DNA of 64,000 nucleotides from the human T2T-CHM13v2.0 reference genome, Homo sapiens. The notes under the pieces were generated by a model. That model did not search any database, was not told the DNA's origin, and saw only the letters and a list, made by a program, of their open reading frames with translations. Positions within the stretch are counted from its first letter, which is position 1. Every line of letters begins with the position of its first letter. Shown piece after piece: positions 1 to 12,258 of the stretch. Made by a program: the position numbers and the translations under genes. The DNA is taken from assembly GCF_009914755.1 (NCBI RefSeq), contig NC_060925.1, one strand, 5' to 3'.

Positions 1-320
1 TTGTACCACTATGCCTTGGTACATGCTGTTCACCTTTTCTGTTGCTGGTGAAGTCCTAGTCATCCTTCAAGGCCAGCTCAAATGCCACTGTCTTTGGGAA
101 ATTTTTGGTCTTCTTGACTATACAGGGACAGTTAATTACATAGTTATTTGTACTTTTGGAACATTGTCCCCACTCCTGTAGCACAGAAAAGTATTTTCCT
201 ATTTGTTTATATCTCCCATCTCCAGCCTGTGCTAGCTTTGAGCCCAGGGACTGTCTTGGTCACTGTGATATCACCAATATGTGGCATAATGCTTGGCACT
301 TGTTAGTGCTCAATAAACAC
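1..320 (+). mobile_element. L2 LINE 3' end fragment
   Basis: Typical L2 3' sequence: tccttcaaggccagctcaaatgcc ... cagggactgtcttggtcactg ... cttggcacttgttagtgctcaataaa. Boundaries approximate. Confidence 0.75.
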
Positions 321-327
321 TAAAAAA

Positions 328-495
328 CGTGGTTCTCATAGTGTGTTCCCTTGGTCAGCGGAATCAGCATCACCTGGGAACTTGTTAGAAACGTAAGTTC
401 TTAGGCTAATCCCAGATCTACTGAATTAAAAATACTGGGAGTGGGGTCTAGCTCTCCAGGTGATTCTGACGCATACTCAAGTTTGTGAACTGCTG
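328..495 (+). mobile_element. MER5A hAT-Charlie MITE
   Basis: gtggttctca...atcagcatcacctgggaacttgttagaa...ccaggtgattctgacgcatactcaagtttgtgaactgctg follows the MER5A consensus end to end. Confidence 0.9.
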
Positions 496-1278
496 TACTA
501 AAGGATAGAAGGAATCAAAGAGGATTTCTCTGTGAGAAACAAGAGGGAAGGTCTCCCAGGGAAGGAAGCCTTTGGATTGGGCCTGATAGGGGTAAGATTT
601 AGATACTAAGAAATAAAAGAAATAAAATAAAAAAAATTAAATTTTTCTCTCTGAAAGAGAAAAATGTAAGAACAAAGCAAGGAGATACAGAAGTATAGTG
701 CATGGTCAGGCAATGCTGTTGGGCCTAGCTGCCTTGAGCCTAGAGAGAGTGGAAGAAAGTAAAGGAAGATCAGTTTGTTAATCAGCAGCTTCTCTCACTG
801 GCCCATAAGTTCTTCCACAACAGGAACTGTGTTTGTTTTAGCCATATATCCTGATATCTGGCCCAGGGCAAGGGCTTAGTGAATGTTTGATGAATGATTG
901 ACTGAAGGCAGCTTGACTGAAGAAGAATGTCAGAGAAATAGACGTTCTGCGAGATCAGCCATATCATGCAACTGTTCCTGAAAAGGAAAGTACAGGGAAA
1001 ATGGTTCCCCTGCAGTTAGAGCATAAACTTTCCCATCTGGCTCCATCTAGTGTCCTAATGGGCAGATTTCTGATCTAGGACATCTCTAGCCACAGAGGAA
1101 ACATGCTCTACTCACTTTGTTATGCTGCAGGCACAGGGAGGAGAGGGAGGCGGGGCAACTGGGGTACTCAGGCCCTGTGCTTACTCCACAGCTTCAGATT
1201 GAAAACAACTTTAGGTCTGAGATTTCTTGATATTTCTAATTTGCTTATTTCAGTTAAATTTCCTGTAGTTCCGTTTTT

Positions 1279-1309
1279 TGTGTGTGTGTGACACACACAC
1301 ACACACACA
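1279..1309. repeat. (TG)6(AC)9 compound microsatellite
   Basis: Read directly from the sequence. Confidence 0.95.
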
Positions 1310-2399
1310 GATACCTTTCTTGCATTTGATGTTTCCTTGTTCAAAAAAACCTGTGACTGATGAGAGACAAGCCTTGCTGATGCCAAATTCCAAAGGCTGT
1401 GCACTCAGAATCTTGAATTTCCATATCAGGGCATTTGTGACAGGTTTTGGTCATGTTCTGTAACCTCCACCAGGGGGTATCCCAGACTCTAGCAAAGTAG
1501 CATGAAGCCTAGGACTTGGGAAGGGGTCGTTTTTCTTTAAGGGTGATTAATAAATTATTGTCAATGCCTTTGATAAGGATTGAATGAGTGCTATTCTAAG
1601 GAAATAATCAGAGATGCAAAGAAAAGAGGTTGGTAAGAAATACAGTGACTGATATGTTGACTTGTAGAATTAGCAGCAATTTAAATTTAAATTCTATTTG
1701 TATAAATTTTCTATAATGAATGTTTATATTTAAAATATGAAATTACATTAAGAATTCAGCAGTAGCAGAAAAAGAAGGAAAATGTTAGGAGATGAAGAGA
1801 GGGATATTAGTCATTTTGGGGAGATGCAATCAAGTAGAAAATATGTAGTTCTAGTAGTTTGGGAAAACGTATTTTGCCAATATTACCCAGTATAATCCAG
1901 GACCTGTTCTTATTGCTGACCAAGAGGTCACATATTTGATGTTTTAATGAACTATTTTTTAAAGGATTAATTTATTTAAAATTATTATTTATAAAATACA
2001 TTTATTTAAAAATAATTCCTACTTTTAAAATAATTAAATAAAATTAATTTGTACTTCGTTAGGCAATTTAGTTTTCAAGACCAAGATGCTACCTATGAGA
2101 CAATAGATGTGTAGGCTGGTTGAAATGTTTAACCAGCTAAGCTGGAGGTAGAAAAAAAAATCACACATTTTTGATAATATTTATCCTTAATGAGCCCTCT
2201 ATGAATACATCATTTACCTAGCAGCTGTACTATCCCAGATATTTTCACATAAATCTCACAAAACTCCCATGAACAAATCTTGACAGATATGCCACAATCC
2301 TTTTGCCTAAAAGAACACTGTCTCAAAACTGGCAGGTCAAGAAAGATTTGCTGGTACTTCTTAAGTGCCTCAAACTGACATTGTGCCTGTCCTCTCACA

Positions 2400-2586
2400 G
2401 ATTTATATCAACAAATGTTCATAATGATATTTTGATATAGACGCTGTTAGCTTTGTTTTGTATATGAAAAAATTGGGGCTCAGAGAGGTGAAATGACTTC
2501 CCTAAGGTCATACAGCTAGTACACAAGTAGCAAAACCTGGTTGAAACAGATTTGTCCACTTGCAAACCCAGGTACTTCCTACTATA
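2400..2586 (-). mobile_element. MIR SINE
   Basis: Antisense MIR core ggggctcagagaggtgaaatgacttccctaaggtcatacagctagt. Confidence 0.8.
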
Positions 2587-3183
2587 TTCATCATTTTTAT
2601 AGGGATCACCTCCAGGGGATGATTAAAAGGATAGAGGAAGAGAGGCAGTGACTGAAGCTCTCAGGAAGCACCACTGTGGCCCAGCTTCTGCTTTGCACTC
2701 CAGTGACCTTGAGGTTGAAAGGGACAAAGGAGCAGACTCCCCTGATGCTCCGTGATGAGTCAAGGGTAAAGGCAGCTCTCAGGGAAACAGCTGGCCTTTC
2801 TCCAGCAGCCAGGCCTGGGAGATAAACAGATCAATGCGGACACTCACCTCCACCTAATGAGCTAATGGCGCAGCCGGGGCACTGCCTTATTGGATTGCTG
2901 GTCGTGCTGACAAGCCTAGAGTTAAGCAGGTCCACTGCAGGGGTGGGGGCCTCATTATCCCCCAGCTCCTAGGGAGATCCAGTTCCTTCATATGAAAGCT
3001 AGGAATGCCTTGTTCCTTTATTTGTTTGTTCATTCGTTTGTTTGTGTGTGTTTGTTTTTACTCATTCTCCTATGACAATGTTGAGATTTGATAGGATGAT
3101 GTCAGTGACCTTTCTGCTTTGTGGACCAAGTGTCACAGATGACGGAAACAACTGCCCTCCAAAGAGGCAGCCTGGTGTGTTGC

Positions 3184-3523
3184 TGCAATGGGCTGAATGT
3201 TTGTGTTCCTCCGAAATTTATGTTGAAATCCTAACCTCCAATGTGATGGCATTATGAAGCAGGGCCTTTGGGAGGTAATTAGGTCATCAGGGTAGAGCAC
3301 TCACAAGTGGGATTAGTGCCCTTATAAAGGGACCCCAGAGAGCTAGCTAGCCATGTTGGGATACAACAAGAAGATGGCAGTCTGTGACCTGGAATAGGCC
3401 TCTCACCGAAACCTGACCATGCTGGCATTGTGATCTTGGACTTTCAGCCCCCAGAACTGTGAGAAATTGTTGTTTAGATGTCACCCAGTCTATGGTACTT
3501 CCATAGTAGCCTGGACTAAGACA
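3184..3523 (+). mobile_element. MLT1A-family solo LTR (ERVL-MaLR)
   Basis: TG...CA termini; ctgaatgtttgtgt, gattagtgcccttataa, ccagaactgtgagaaat, actaagaca; perfect 5-bp target duplication GTTGC at 3179-3183 and 3524-3528. Confidence 0.92.
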
Positions 3524-3934
3524 GTTGCTAGGAGCCCTCACCTGGGCGTCAGCACAGCTGTATACCAATTTCATAGTGACTCATTGTGGACTTGAGGTAC
3601 CTCTCTGCATCTCTCTTGAGTGGCCAGGAAAAGCTGCCTAGGGTTGGGTTCTGGGTCAGGTATCTCCCCAAGTCCCCTTCTCTGAATATTCAGATCTCTG
3701 AAGGCAGACCTGCTGTTTGCTGCACATGTACAAAAAGATCAAGGAGCTGAGCAGTCTCCATAATAGAAGGAAGCCAGGTAGGCCACTGGACTCACTCCAA
3801 GTCTGGAGAAAATAAACTGTAGTCACAGAGGCATTCTTTGAGCCTATTTTAAAATAGGAGCTTTATATTTGTTCTTTTCTAAGAAGTCTTCAGAGGGATT
3901 TTGGTCTAAAAGTGTCTGTAGGGATGAACTATCT

Positions 3935-4068
3935 CAGTGGTTTACAAATTCTTTAAGCTATGGAACTCTCTGTACAGAAAAAATTACATTCAAAGCCCAT
4001 AGCATAAAATAGATGCAGTTGGCTGGGATGTTGTTAAGGCTCCATGGACCACAATTTGAAAATCACTA
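3935..4068. mobile_element. hAT-Charlie-type MITE (family not assigned)
   Basis: Imperfect terminal inverted repeats CAGTGGTTTACAAATT / AATTTGAAAATCACTA (13 of 16). Confidence 0.5.
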
Positions 4069-4342
4069 ATCTATTTCAGGTCTTACATTTACCTGCTGCT
4101 GGTGAAGCTTTGACCAAACTTGGTCTCCTGGTCCATAGTCCAGTGCTCTTTCTCATATACACATTGCCTGATTTATGCACTCTGAATTTATTCCCCATCC
4201 AAGCAATATTAACTGAGATTCTACTATGTTGAATCTATTAAGGGAATCACCAGCAACACATCATTCAAGTCTACAAAGAGCTCACAGACCACCAATGCAC
4301 AGGTCAAAGAAAGAAAGTCAGACACCTACAAATGGGTTAGAT

Positions 4343-4569
4343 CAGGGTTTCTCAACACCAGCAGTACTGACAATGTGGATCGGGTAACTCCTCACTATGG
4401 GAGGCTGTCTTATGCATTGTAGGATGTTTAGCAGCATGCATGGCTCTTACCCACTAGATGCCAGTAACACCCCCTCCTCTCAAGTGTTGACAATCAAAAA
4501 TGTCTCTAGACATTGCCAAATGTTTCTTGAGGAAAAAGGGGCAAAATTACCTCCAGTCAAAAACCACTG
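4343..4569 (-). mobile_element. MER20 hAT-Charlie MITE
   Basis: cagggtttctcaac...tgcattgtaggatgtttagcagca...ccactagatgccagta...aaccactg; degraded 8-bp target duplication ggttagat/ggttactt. Confidence 0.92.
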
Positions 4570-4919
4570 GGTTACTTAAGAGAACAACATAAGGGATCTC
4601 ACTGGGTTGTATAAAATTAAAGGTCAGGTAAGCAGTGAAGACAAGTGTTGCAAGAACTCTGAGAAAAAGAAATCCTTCTTCTCTTGTGTTGCTCAGTATA
4701 TGTAATCCATGCTGCCAGAAAAAAACTTTTGTTTGCTAGAAAAAGGATGGGGTATGGGAAGAAGCCATTGCCTGTATGATGATATGAGCCCAGTGGTAAA
4801 AAAGAAGGGGCAGACTCTTGGCTGAAGATAGATTGGCTCTGGTAGGTGAATACCATTGTTCTGTCACCCTATGCAATCATAAAGATTGCCTGTAGACTTC
4901 CCATGCAGCTGTCAGGCCA

Positions 4920-5445
4920 GGAAATTCCTCACTGTGCCACTAATTTATAGTATGACATTGGCCACATCCCTTTCCCTACTGAACTTTGGTTTCCTCATCT
5001 GTAACAAGATAAAAAGTGGGGACTGTAGTTTCACCAGTGATCCATAAATTCCCTCCTAGCTCCCAGGATTTCATTCTCTAATTTTTGCTACAATTCTAGA
5101 AAGATTGTCAGGCCAATGGCTACTTGATCTTAGGCCTTCTCTGCTACATCTGAAAGCCTACTTCCTCAGGCAGATTCTAGAGATAAATATAAGGGGAGTT
5201 TACGCTCCTATCCATACCTTGGAATTATAATGATGATGATAGTGATTCACCTTCATATGCAGCTTTATAGTTTATAAAGCACCTTCAGGTGTGATATTTA
5301 CATACATGATCTTAAAAACAACCCTATGAGGTAAGAATAATTACTGCCACTTCATGGACAAGAAAATCAATGTTCAGAAAGGCTGAGTGCCTTGCTTAAG
5401 GTCGCTAAGGTCACGTAGACCTGCCTGACTTCAAACACCTTGCTG
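4920..5445. mobile_element. Two MIR-family fragments (+ ~4920-5075, - ~5230-5445)
   Basis: ggtttcctcatctgtaa (sense core); aaccctatgaggtaag...gttcagaaaggctgagtgccttgcttaaggtc (antisense core). Confidence 0.7.
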
Positions 5446-6019
5446 TTTGAGGTGTACCCAGCTGCCTGTGCTTCCGCATGTTGGAAACTATCCCTCCAAG
5501 TCTCCTAGAGATAGGCCAACTGACTAAGACACTCAGGCTGGATAGGGAGGGAAGAGACAATTTGCTGAGAATACCATGCTGACTGTGGTAGTGGCAACAG
5601 AACTGGCTGAACAAGTGCCAAGCCATGTGCTTTGAAAGGGATTGAAAAAAGGAAAAAAAAAAATCTTCCCACTGTTTGCCTGCCAAGGCCCTGTACTGGG
5701 ACAAGGGTATGGAGCTCTGCTTAAGGCTTAATTCTATTGATTACACATTCCATTTTCCAAAGTGCCATTTGCCTGAAGGAGCAGGTGGTGTTTTCGGCAT
5801 CCATTTAGCTGATGTATTAGCCATGTGGCTCAGTGCATCAGCAGGCCCGAGTCATCAATTTACAGCGAGATGACAGAGGGAATCACTCACTGCAGAACTG
5901 TAATGGGGAGAGGGGGAGGGGAAGTGGAACACAGAGAAGTAGACAAAAATATTGAAATAGTGGTCCTGACTGGCATGTGAGGAAGCAGGGAGCTATGTGG
6001 CAAAACATAGGACCTTTGG

Positions 6020-6780
6020 CTGAAAATAGCAAATGTACTCAGGATGACTCCATGGCAGGGCCTGTGCTGGACACTGGAGATGCAAATTCCTACCGTGACA
6101 GACTCACTTTAGTGGGGAAGACAAATATAAATAATTAATGACAATAATATCAGACATATGCTACAATAAAGCGATACGGTAGGTAATAGAAAAGTGTTTT
6201 AAAATTCCATAGCTCTGGCTCAAATTACACCTTTGTTATTTAGTAGCTATGTGGTTATATGCTAAGTCAGACTGGAAACTCCTAGAGGGTAAGCACTATG
6301 TCTTGTACATTTTTGGATGCTCACTGCTCTAGCCCAGAGTCTGGCATTGCTATTATAATATAACCAAATAATATTAACAGTATAATCATGATAACAATAC
6401 AAGTAGTCACAATAGAATAATATTTAGTCCCTTAATCTCTATTTTATAGAGGAGCAGATGGAGCCTCAAGGAGGTAAATAACTTTCCCATGTCGTGCAGC
6501 TTATACATAATGGTAGAGCCAAGATTCAAACTCAGATCCGTCTGGCTTCACAGCCATACAGCCATTCAACATTATGAAAATCAGCTATTCCAGTTGTTAC
6601 TTAACCTTGCAGAGACTCAGTTTCCTTATAAGTCAAGTAGATGTAATATTATTTTTCTTCTTTATGGTGCATTGTAAGCATCAGTTAAAACAATATACGT
6701 GGAACATTTAGTTAGCATATTCTAAAAATCTCAGCAAATTACTGGGTACAAATAGTACTCAGTACTATTATTATCATTAT
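6020..6780. mobile_element. Cluster of L2 and MIR fragments (L2 -, L2 +, MIR - ~6430-6560, MIR + ~6595-6780)
   Basis: L2 3' motifs (gactggaaactcctagagggtaag) and MIR cores (ggaggtaaataactttcccatg; ttacttaaccttgcagagactcagtttcc). Confidence 0.65.
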
Positions 6781-7559
6781 TTTTAAGGTTATTTTGTTCA
6801 GGCAAGATCTTTGAGGGGCACAGCCCTTCTAGTTTAAGGAAGTCTTCTCCAGTGCCTGTGTGATTATCAACTCTTCTCTGATGAAATGAAGCCAAGGTGT
6901 CTGCTCTGGCCCCTGTTCTTGCTAGCACCCCAGTGTGTTTCTTTTTAATTAGGTCACTAATGATTTATTTATTAAGACTTTTCTCATTTGTTATGCACAG
7001 AAAGGTGGCTCATGACAAAGGCAAAATATGAGCTAAGCCAATAACGGCTTTGGCAACTGCATTCCAATAAAAAGGCTAGTTGGCCCTTGAGTTTCAGAAG
7101 AAAAAAATTAGCTGGCAGAAGTGTAGAGGTGGAGGTAAGAGAAGGATGCTAGCCAGTTGCCTTGGAAAAGAATCCCACCACCACCCCATCTCTGTCTGGT
7201 CTGGCTGGAGAACACCCCTCTACTTCTCCCTGAGAAAGGAGTGACACTGAAGAAATGACAACTCAGTGGCATTCACTCTCTCATTGCCTTATTTATTCAG
7301 CACACATTTTTAAAGGCTTTGTTTTATGCCAGGCACCATACTAGGCACCGGACTTAGACACATGAATACGATTTCATTGTTATTCTTAATTTAGGAGACA
7401 GGTGATACTTGAATAGCTATAAAATAATGTGAACATTCATTGCTGTGTGACTTCACATATACTGTAATGTACTTGAGAACCATTTAAAGTATAAATTCTA
7501 GGAAATTTTTAATAATCATTTCAAAGGAATATTCACATCATGTCCAATTAATATCATTT

Positions 7560-7830
7560 AATTATTTAAATCATTGATTAAATAATGTCAAATAATGTGG
7601 GAAAATGCTCACAGTATATTAAATGATATATAAATGATATATAACTATAAAATATGTTCTCAACTATATATATATATACATACATATGCAAAGAAATTAG
7701 GAAGAAAATATTCAGCATATTAATAGTAGTTATCTTTGCATTTAAGGATAATATTTTTCTCTAATATAACATTTTCTGTATGCACAAAATCTTCTATAAT
7801 GGATATATAAACAGAAATTAAATAGAAAAA
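7560..7830 (+). mobile_element. Old L1M (L1MC/L1ME-type) 3' UTR fragment
   Basis: gggaaaatgctcacagtatattaaatga...ggaagaaaatattcagcatattaatagtagttatct resembles ancient L1 3' ends. Confidence 0.5.
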
Positions 7831-8942
7831 AATTAAAAAATATATATAAAATAATTATTGTATTATACATATGTATAGAATATTCCTGGGATAGAAAAGG
7901 CTGACTTTCCAACGCTTCCATTTTATGGATAAATAAATTGAGCCTCCAAGAGATTAAGTGACTATTCTGAGACTTTCCAGCCCATAGGTGGCTGAAGCAT
8001 AACTCAAACCCATGTCATCTCCTTCTAAATTGAGAACTCTTTCTGCTGAGCCACAGGGACTTTCCAAGAGCTAGCAGAGTGCCTGCTGAAATGTAGGGGT
8101 TGGCTTGCCTAGAAGGTCTCAAAGGGTCTGGCAGAGCTGCTGTTCTGATTGTTCCAGAAAAACCCAGAAGTCAAAAGGAAAGCCTGGGAGTGATTCAGTG
8201 GTGGATCTTGGAACACAGGTTAGCTGCTGATTTGGAGGAAGTGCACAGCACTGTAAAAGTAATCTTGACTGTTTGCATTTCAACTCTTCAAGATTTATGA
8301 TAGTTAAATTAGAAGAGTAATATAGGTCTGGATATATGTTTAATGTTTTCGTTTAGATTTAGAACATACAGCCCCAGTATGGAGCTGATTTCAATATTTG
8401 AATATTTTAATGTCACTGTATTGTGTGCTCAGCATCCATGATCAAATATATCTCTTCAAGTCCAATTTACTTTTATCTTCATTATGGTCTAACATTTAAC
8501 GAATTTGCATTTGGCCACATAGCCCAGGACCAATGTACATTTGTGTTCATACATCCGTGGGCATGTAAGTCTCCTAAGAGAAGTCCTCTTAAAACACAAG
8601 TATTTCCTGTTTTATGAAGGACCTATTGTCTTAGTTATTAGAGAATATTAGAGTACATAGGTACTGAGAGATGAATGCAGCCAACCTTCCACTTCTATTC
8701 TTAGATCTGGCCCAAAGGGACCCTACCCTGGGAACCTACTGATACAAACACTGCCAGCCCATCTCTGTCCCAAGAGACTACCCAGATGTATATAATAAGA
8801 ATTAAGTTCAGATCTCTTTGATATTTTGCCAACTTCTTGTAAAAACTATAGCTTTACAAGCATCTTTCTAGTTTGTCATTATGGAAGGTTTTTTTGTCAA
8901 ATTAGGAAGATAGATATATATTTTAATATTTTGCTAGCTATT

Positions 8943-9023
8943 CATACCCCAAACCTCAGCATCACACAACACACAATATATCCATGTAGCAAACCTACAC
9001 ATGTACCTGCTGAATCTAAAATA

Positions 9024-9058
<35 letters not shown>

Positions 9059-9060
9059 AT
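8943..9060 (+). mobile_element. Short L1PA(late)/L1PB 3' end with (TAAA)9 tail
   Basis: taccccaaacctcagcatcac...atgtagcaaacctacacatgtacc...tgaatctaaaata followed by TAAA repeats at 9024-9060. Confidence 0.85.
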
Positions 9061-9655
9061 AGGCTTATGCTTCATGGGTCTCTATTTGTTCTCTCACCTG
9101 AGACCTGCAAATGTTTTATGTGGGCCTGGAACTTCCCCCAGCTCCCAGTAAGTATACTGAGAGGGTCTGTTGGCAAAAGACTTTAAAATAAACCATGTCT
9201 TGCTCATCTCTGTATTTCTGGTGAATATCACAGTCCTTCACACTTGGAACACACTCAGTGAATGACAAATTGAAGTAAACTAATTTGGAGTTTTTCTTTT
9301 GTTTTGCATTTAGACTGGGGATTTTATAAGGGTAATAAAAAGGATAAATTCAGGAGACATAAAGCCAATAGAGTTCACTAAACAATTACCCAACAAATAG
9401 CTGCCCAAAAAATATCAATTAATATACATATCCAACTGTAGTATAATTCTGCAGCCTGAGGGGATGGAATTGCTGATGGACTCGTGTATGAGGTCATGTG
9501 TCTCATCTCTGACTCCATGGATAGATGTCTCTTTCAAACCACATGTTTAAAAGTGATCCTCCATAAGCAAGATTTGAGTGCTATTATCAGAAGAGGAGGA
9601 AATGGAACCTATACAACAAAATAAAATTTTAAATGTACTTTGAATTTGACATTTA

Positions 9656-9875
9656 TAGATGCTACTTGACTCACAATGAGGTTATGTCCCATAAACCCAC
9701 TGAAAATATGTTAAAAATATTTTAAGTCAGAAACGTGTGGCTGACTTGGAGCTGTGCTAGCTGCTACTGCCTAGCATCAAGAGAGAAGTAAGGTTTTTAC
9801 TAAATGCGTATTGCTTTCCCACCATTATAAAGTCAAAAAAGCTGAGTCAAACCATTGTAAGCTGAGGACCATCTG
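9656..9875 (+). mobile_element. MER47 (MER47B-like, Tigger5-derived) MITE
   Basis: (T)AGATGCTACTTGACTCACAATG...gtggctgacttggagctg...aaccattgtaagctgaggaccatctg, flanked by TA on both sides. Confidence 0.8.
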
Positions 9876-9931
9876 TATATATATATATACATACACACAC
9901 ACACACACACACACATATGTGTGTGTGTGTA
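9876..9931. repeat. (TA)n(CA)n(TG)n compound microsatellite
   Basis: Read directly; includes a perfect 28-bp palindrome at 9903-9930. Confidence 0.95.
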
Positions 9932-10503
9932 CAGTCATCCCTCAGTATCCATGGGAGATTGATTCCAGGACCTCCTGTGGATACAAAAATCCATGGACAC
10001 TCAAGTCCTTTATTTAAAATAGCATAGTATTTTGCACATAACCCATGCATATACTCCTGTATACTTTAAATAATCTTAGATTACTTCTAATACCAAATAC
10101 AATGTAAATTCTGTGTAAATAGTTGTTTTACTATATTGTTTCACACAAAAGTTTCTAAAACCCATGGCCCACAGGCCATATGCAGCCCAGAATGGCTTTG
10201 AATGTGGCCCAACACAAATTTGTAAACTTTCTTAAAACATTATGAGATTTTTTTTGTGTTTTTTTTTAAAAGCTCATCAGCTATCGTTAGTGTTAGTGTA
10301 TTTTATGTGTGGCCCAAGACAATTATTCTTCTTCCAATGTGGCCCAGGGAAGCCAAAAGATTGGACACCCCTGGACTAGAGAATAATGACAAGAAAAAAT
10401 AATCTGCACGTTTGATACAGATGCAATTCTTTTTTTGAATATTTTTGATCTGTAGTTAGTTGTAGCTATGGATGCAGAACTTACGGATATGGAGGGCCAA
10501 CTA
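9932..10503 (+). mobile_element. MER2 Tigger-family MITE, split by MER30
   Basis: cagtcatccctcagtatcc...ttccaggacc...tatattgttt, resuming at ~10374 with agagaataatgacaagaaaaaa...atatggagggccaact. Confidence 0.9.
10146..10373 (-). mobile_element. MER30 hAT-Charlie MITE nested in MER2
   Basis: agctcatcagctatcgttagtgttagtgtattttatgtgtggcccaagac...agccaaaagattggacacccctg is the antisense MER30 consensus. Confidence 0.92.
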
Positions 10504-10984
10504 TATATATGTGTGTATAGATTAATATATGCATATGTATGTAAAGTTTCCACCCGGTGAGATCAGCAGGCCATGAGGTGTTATCCACTGGGCAGCTGTA
10601 ACTGTATAGAAGTTTTTTTCTGAGGTCTACAAGATTTGCACTGCCTCCACTCTCCCCCTACAACCCTCATCTCTGCCATCCCCCATTGAAGGAGGCATTC
10701 TCATTATGAGGTAATGGTAGTGGAATAGAGCTCTGTCACTGGATAATGATCTCCTGTGGTTAGATGAATGAGGACAGCAAATGTGGGCACCTTTAGAAAC
10801 AGAACAGCAAGGGGCTGCCAAAATGTTGATTTTTCAAAGAGGGAGGTTTTAATCCTGTCACAATATTCTATTCAAAACAAACATTATATGCAGAAGAAGA
10901 CAGCAACATCAAGAAGAGCAAGACGCTTGCAAGACTGAGATAAGACTAAGATAGAAGGTGGCTGACCACTTTGCATGACCATGA

Positions 10985-11328
<344 letters not shown>

Positions 11329-11524
11329 AACCATGGATGATTTAAAATCATTGGGTAGCCCTCTGTTTTAGGCAGCTGAATTGCTTTGCTACCTAGAGAG
11401 AGGAAACTGATATATGTATAATACATTATGATTCTACTGCTACCCTATTACTACCAAACAGCAATTTGTGTCTTCCAGAACCCACACTGACTTCAGGGAG
11501 ATAAAGACTGACTTGAAGTCTGTA

Positions 11525-11665
11525 TTATAGAAGTAGAAGTAATGCTAATAGTAGCACTAGCAATGATAGTATTAATAATAGAAATACAAGTGTTAGTAGC
11601 AATAGTAGTAGTAGCACTAGTAGTGGCAGTTATAGTAGGAAGTGGTAGTTGTTGTGGTATTAATA
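11525..11665. repeat. Degenerate (TAG/TAA/TGG)n trinucleotide low-complexity tract
   Basis: gtagcaatagtagtagtagcactagtagtggcagt and similar period-3 sequence. Confidence 0.7.
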
Positions 11666-11892
11666 CTGCAGAGATGGAGATGTGAGTCTAAGAGCAGGAG
11701 TAATGGCTGAGAGAACTCTGGAGGTACCAGATCTTTTGCCTCATCCTCTGATTTTTTTCCTTTATTACCTTTTGCCTTTGTCTGTATCATTATGTACCTG
11801 GTCCATCTTAGAACAGTAGAAACCCCACTCCCCCTAAATGGAGGCAGGTCAATGGCTTACAGACAGCAGCCACAAGGAACAGGGAAGCCTGG

Positions 11893-12258
11893 TGTATTAG
11901 TCTGTTCTCATACTGCTAAAAAAGACGTACCTGAGACTGGATAATTTATAAGGAAAAAGAGGTTTAATGGGCTAACAGTTCCACGTGGCTGGGGAGGCCT
12001 CACAATCATAGCAGAAGGCAAAGGAGGAGCAAAGTCACATCTTACATGGCAGCAGGCAAGAGAGAGAGCATGTGCAGGGTAACTCCGCTTTATAAAACTG
12101 TCAGATCTCATGAGACTTATTCCCTATCATGAGAAGAACATGGGGAAGACCAGCCCTCATGATTCAATTACCTCTCACCAGGTCCCTCCCATGAAATGTG
12201 GGAATTATGGGAGCTACAATTCGAGATTTGGGTGGGGATACAGCTAAACCATATTTCA
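11893..12258 (-). mobile_element. THE1 (THE1B/C-like) solo LTR
   Basis: tgtattagtctgttctcatactgcta...cctgagactggataatttataaggaaaaagaggtttaatgg...gagatttgggtgggga...aaccatatttca; target duplication cctgg/cctag. Confidence 0.95.
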
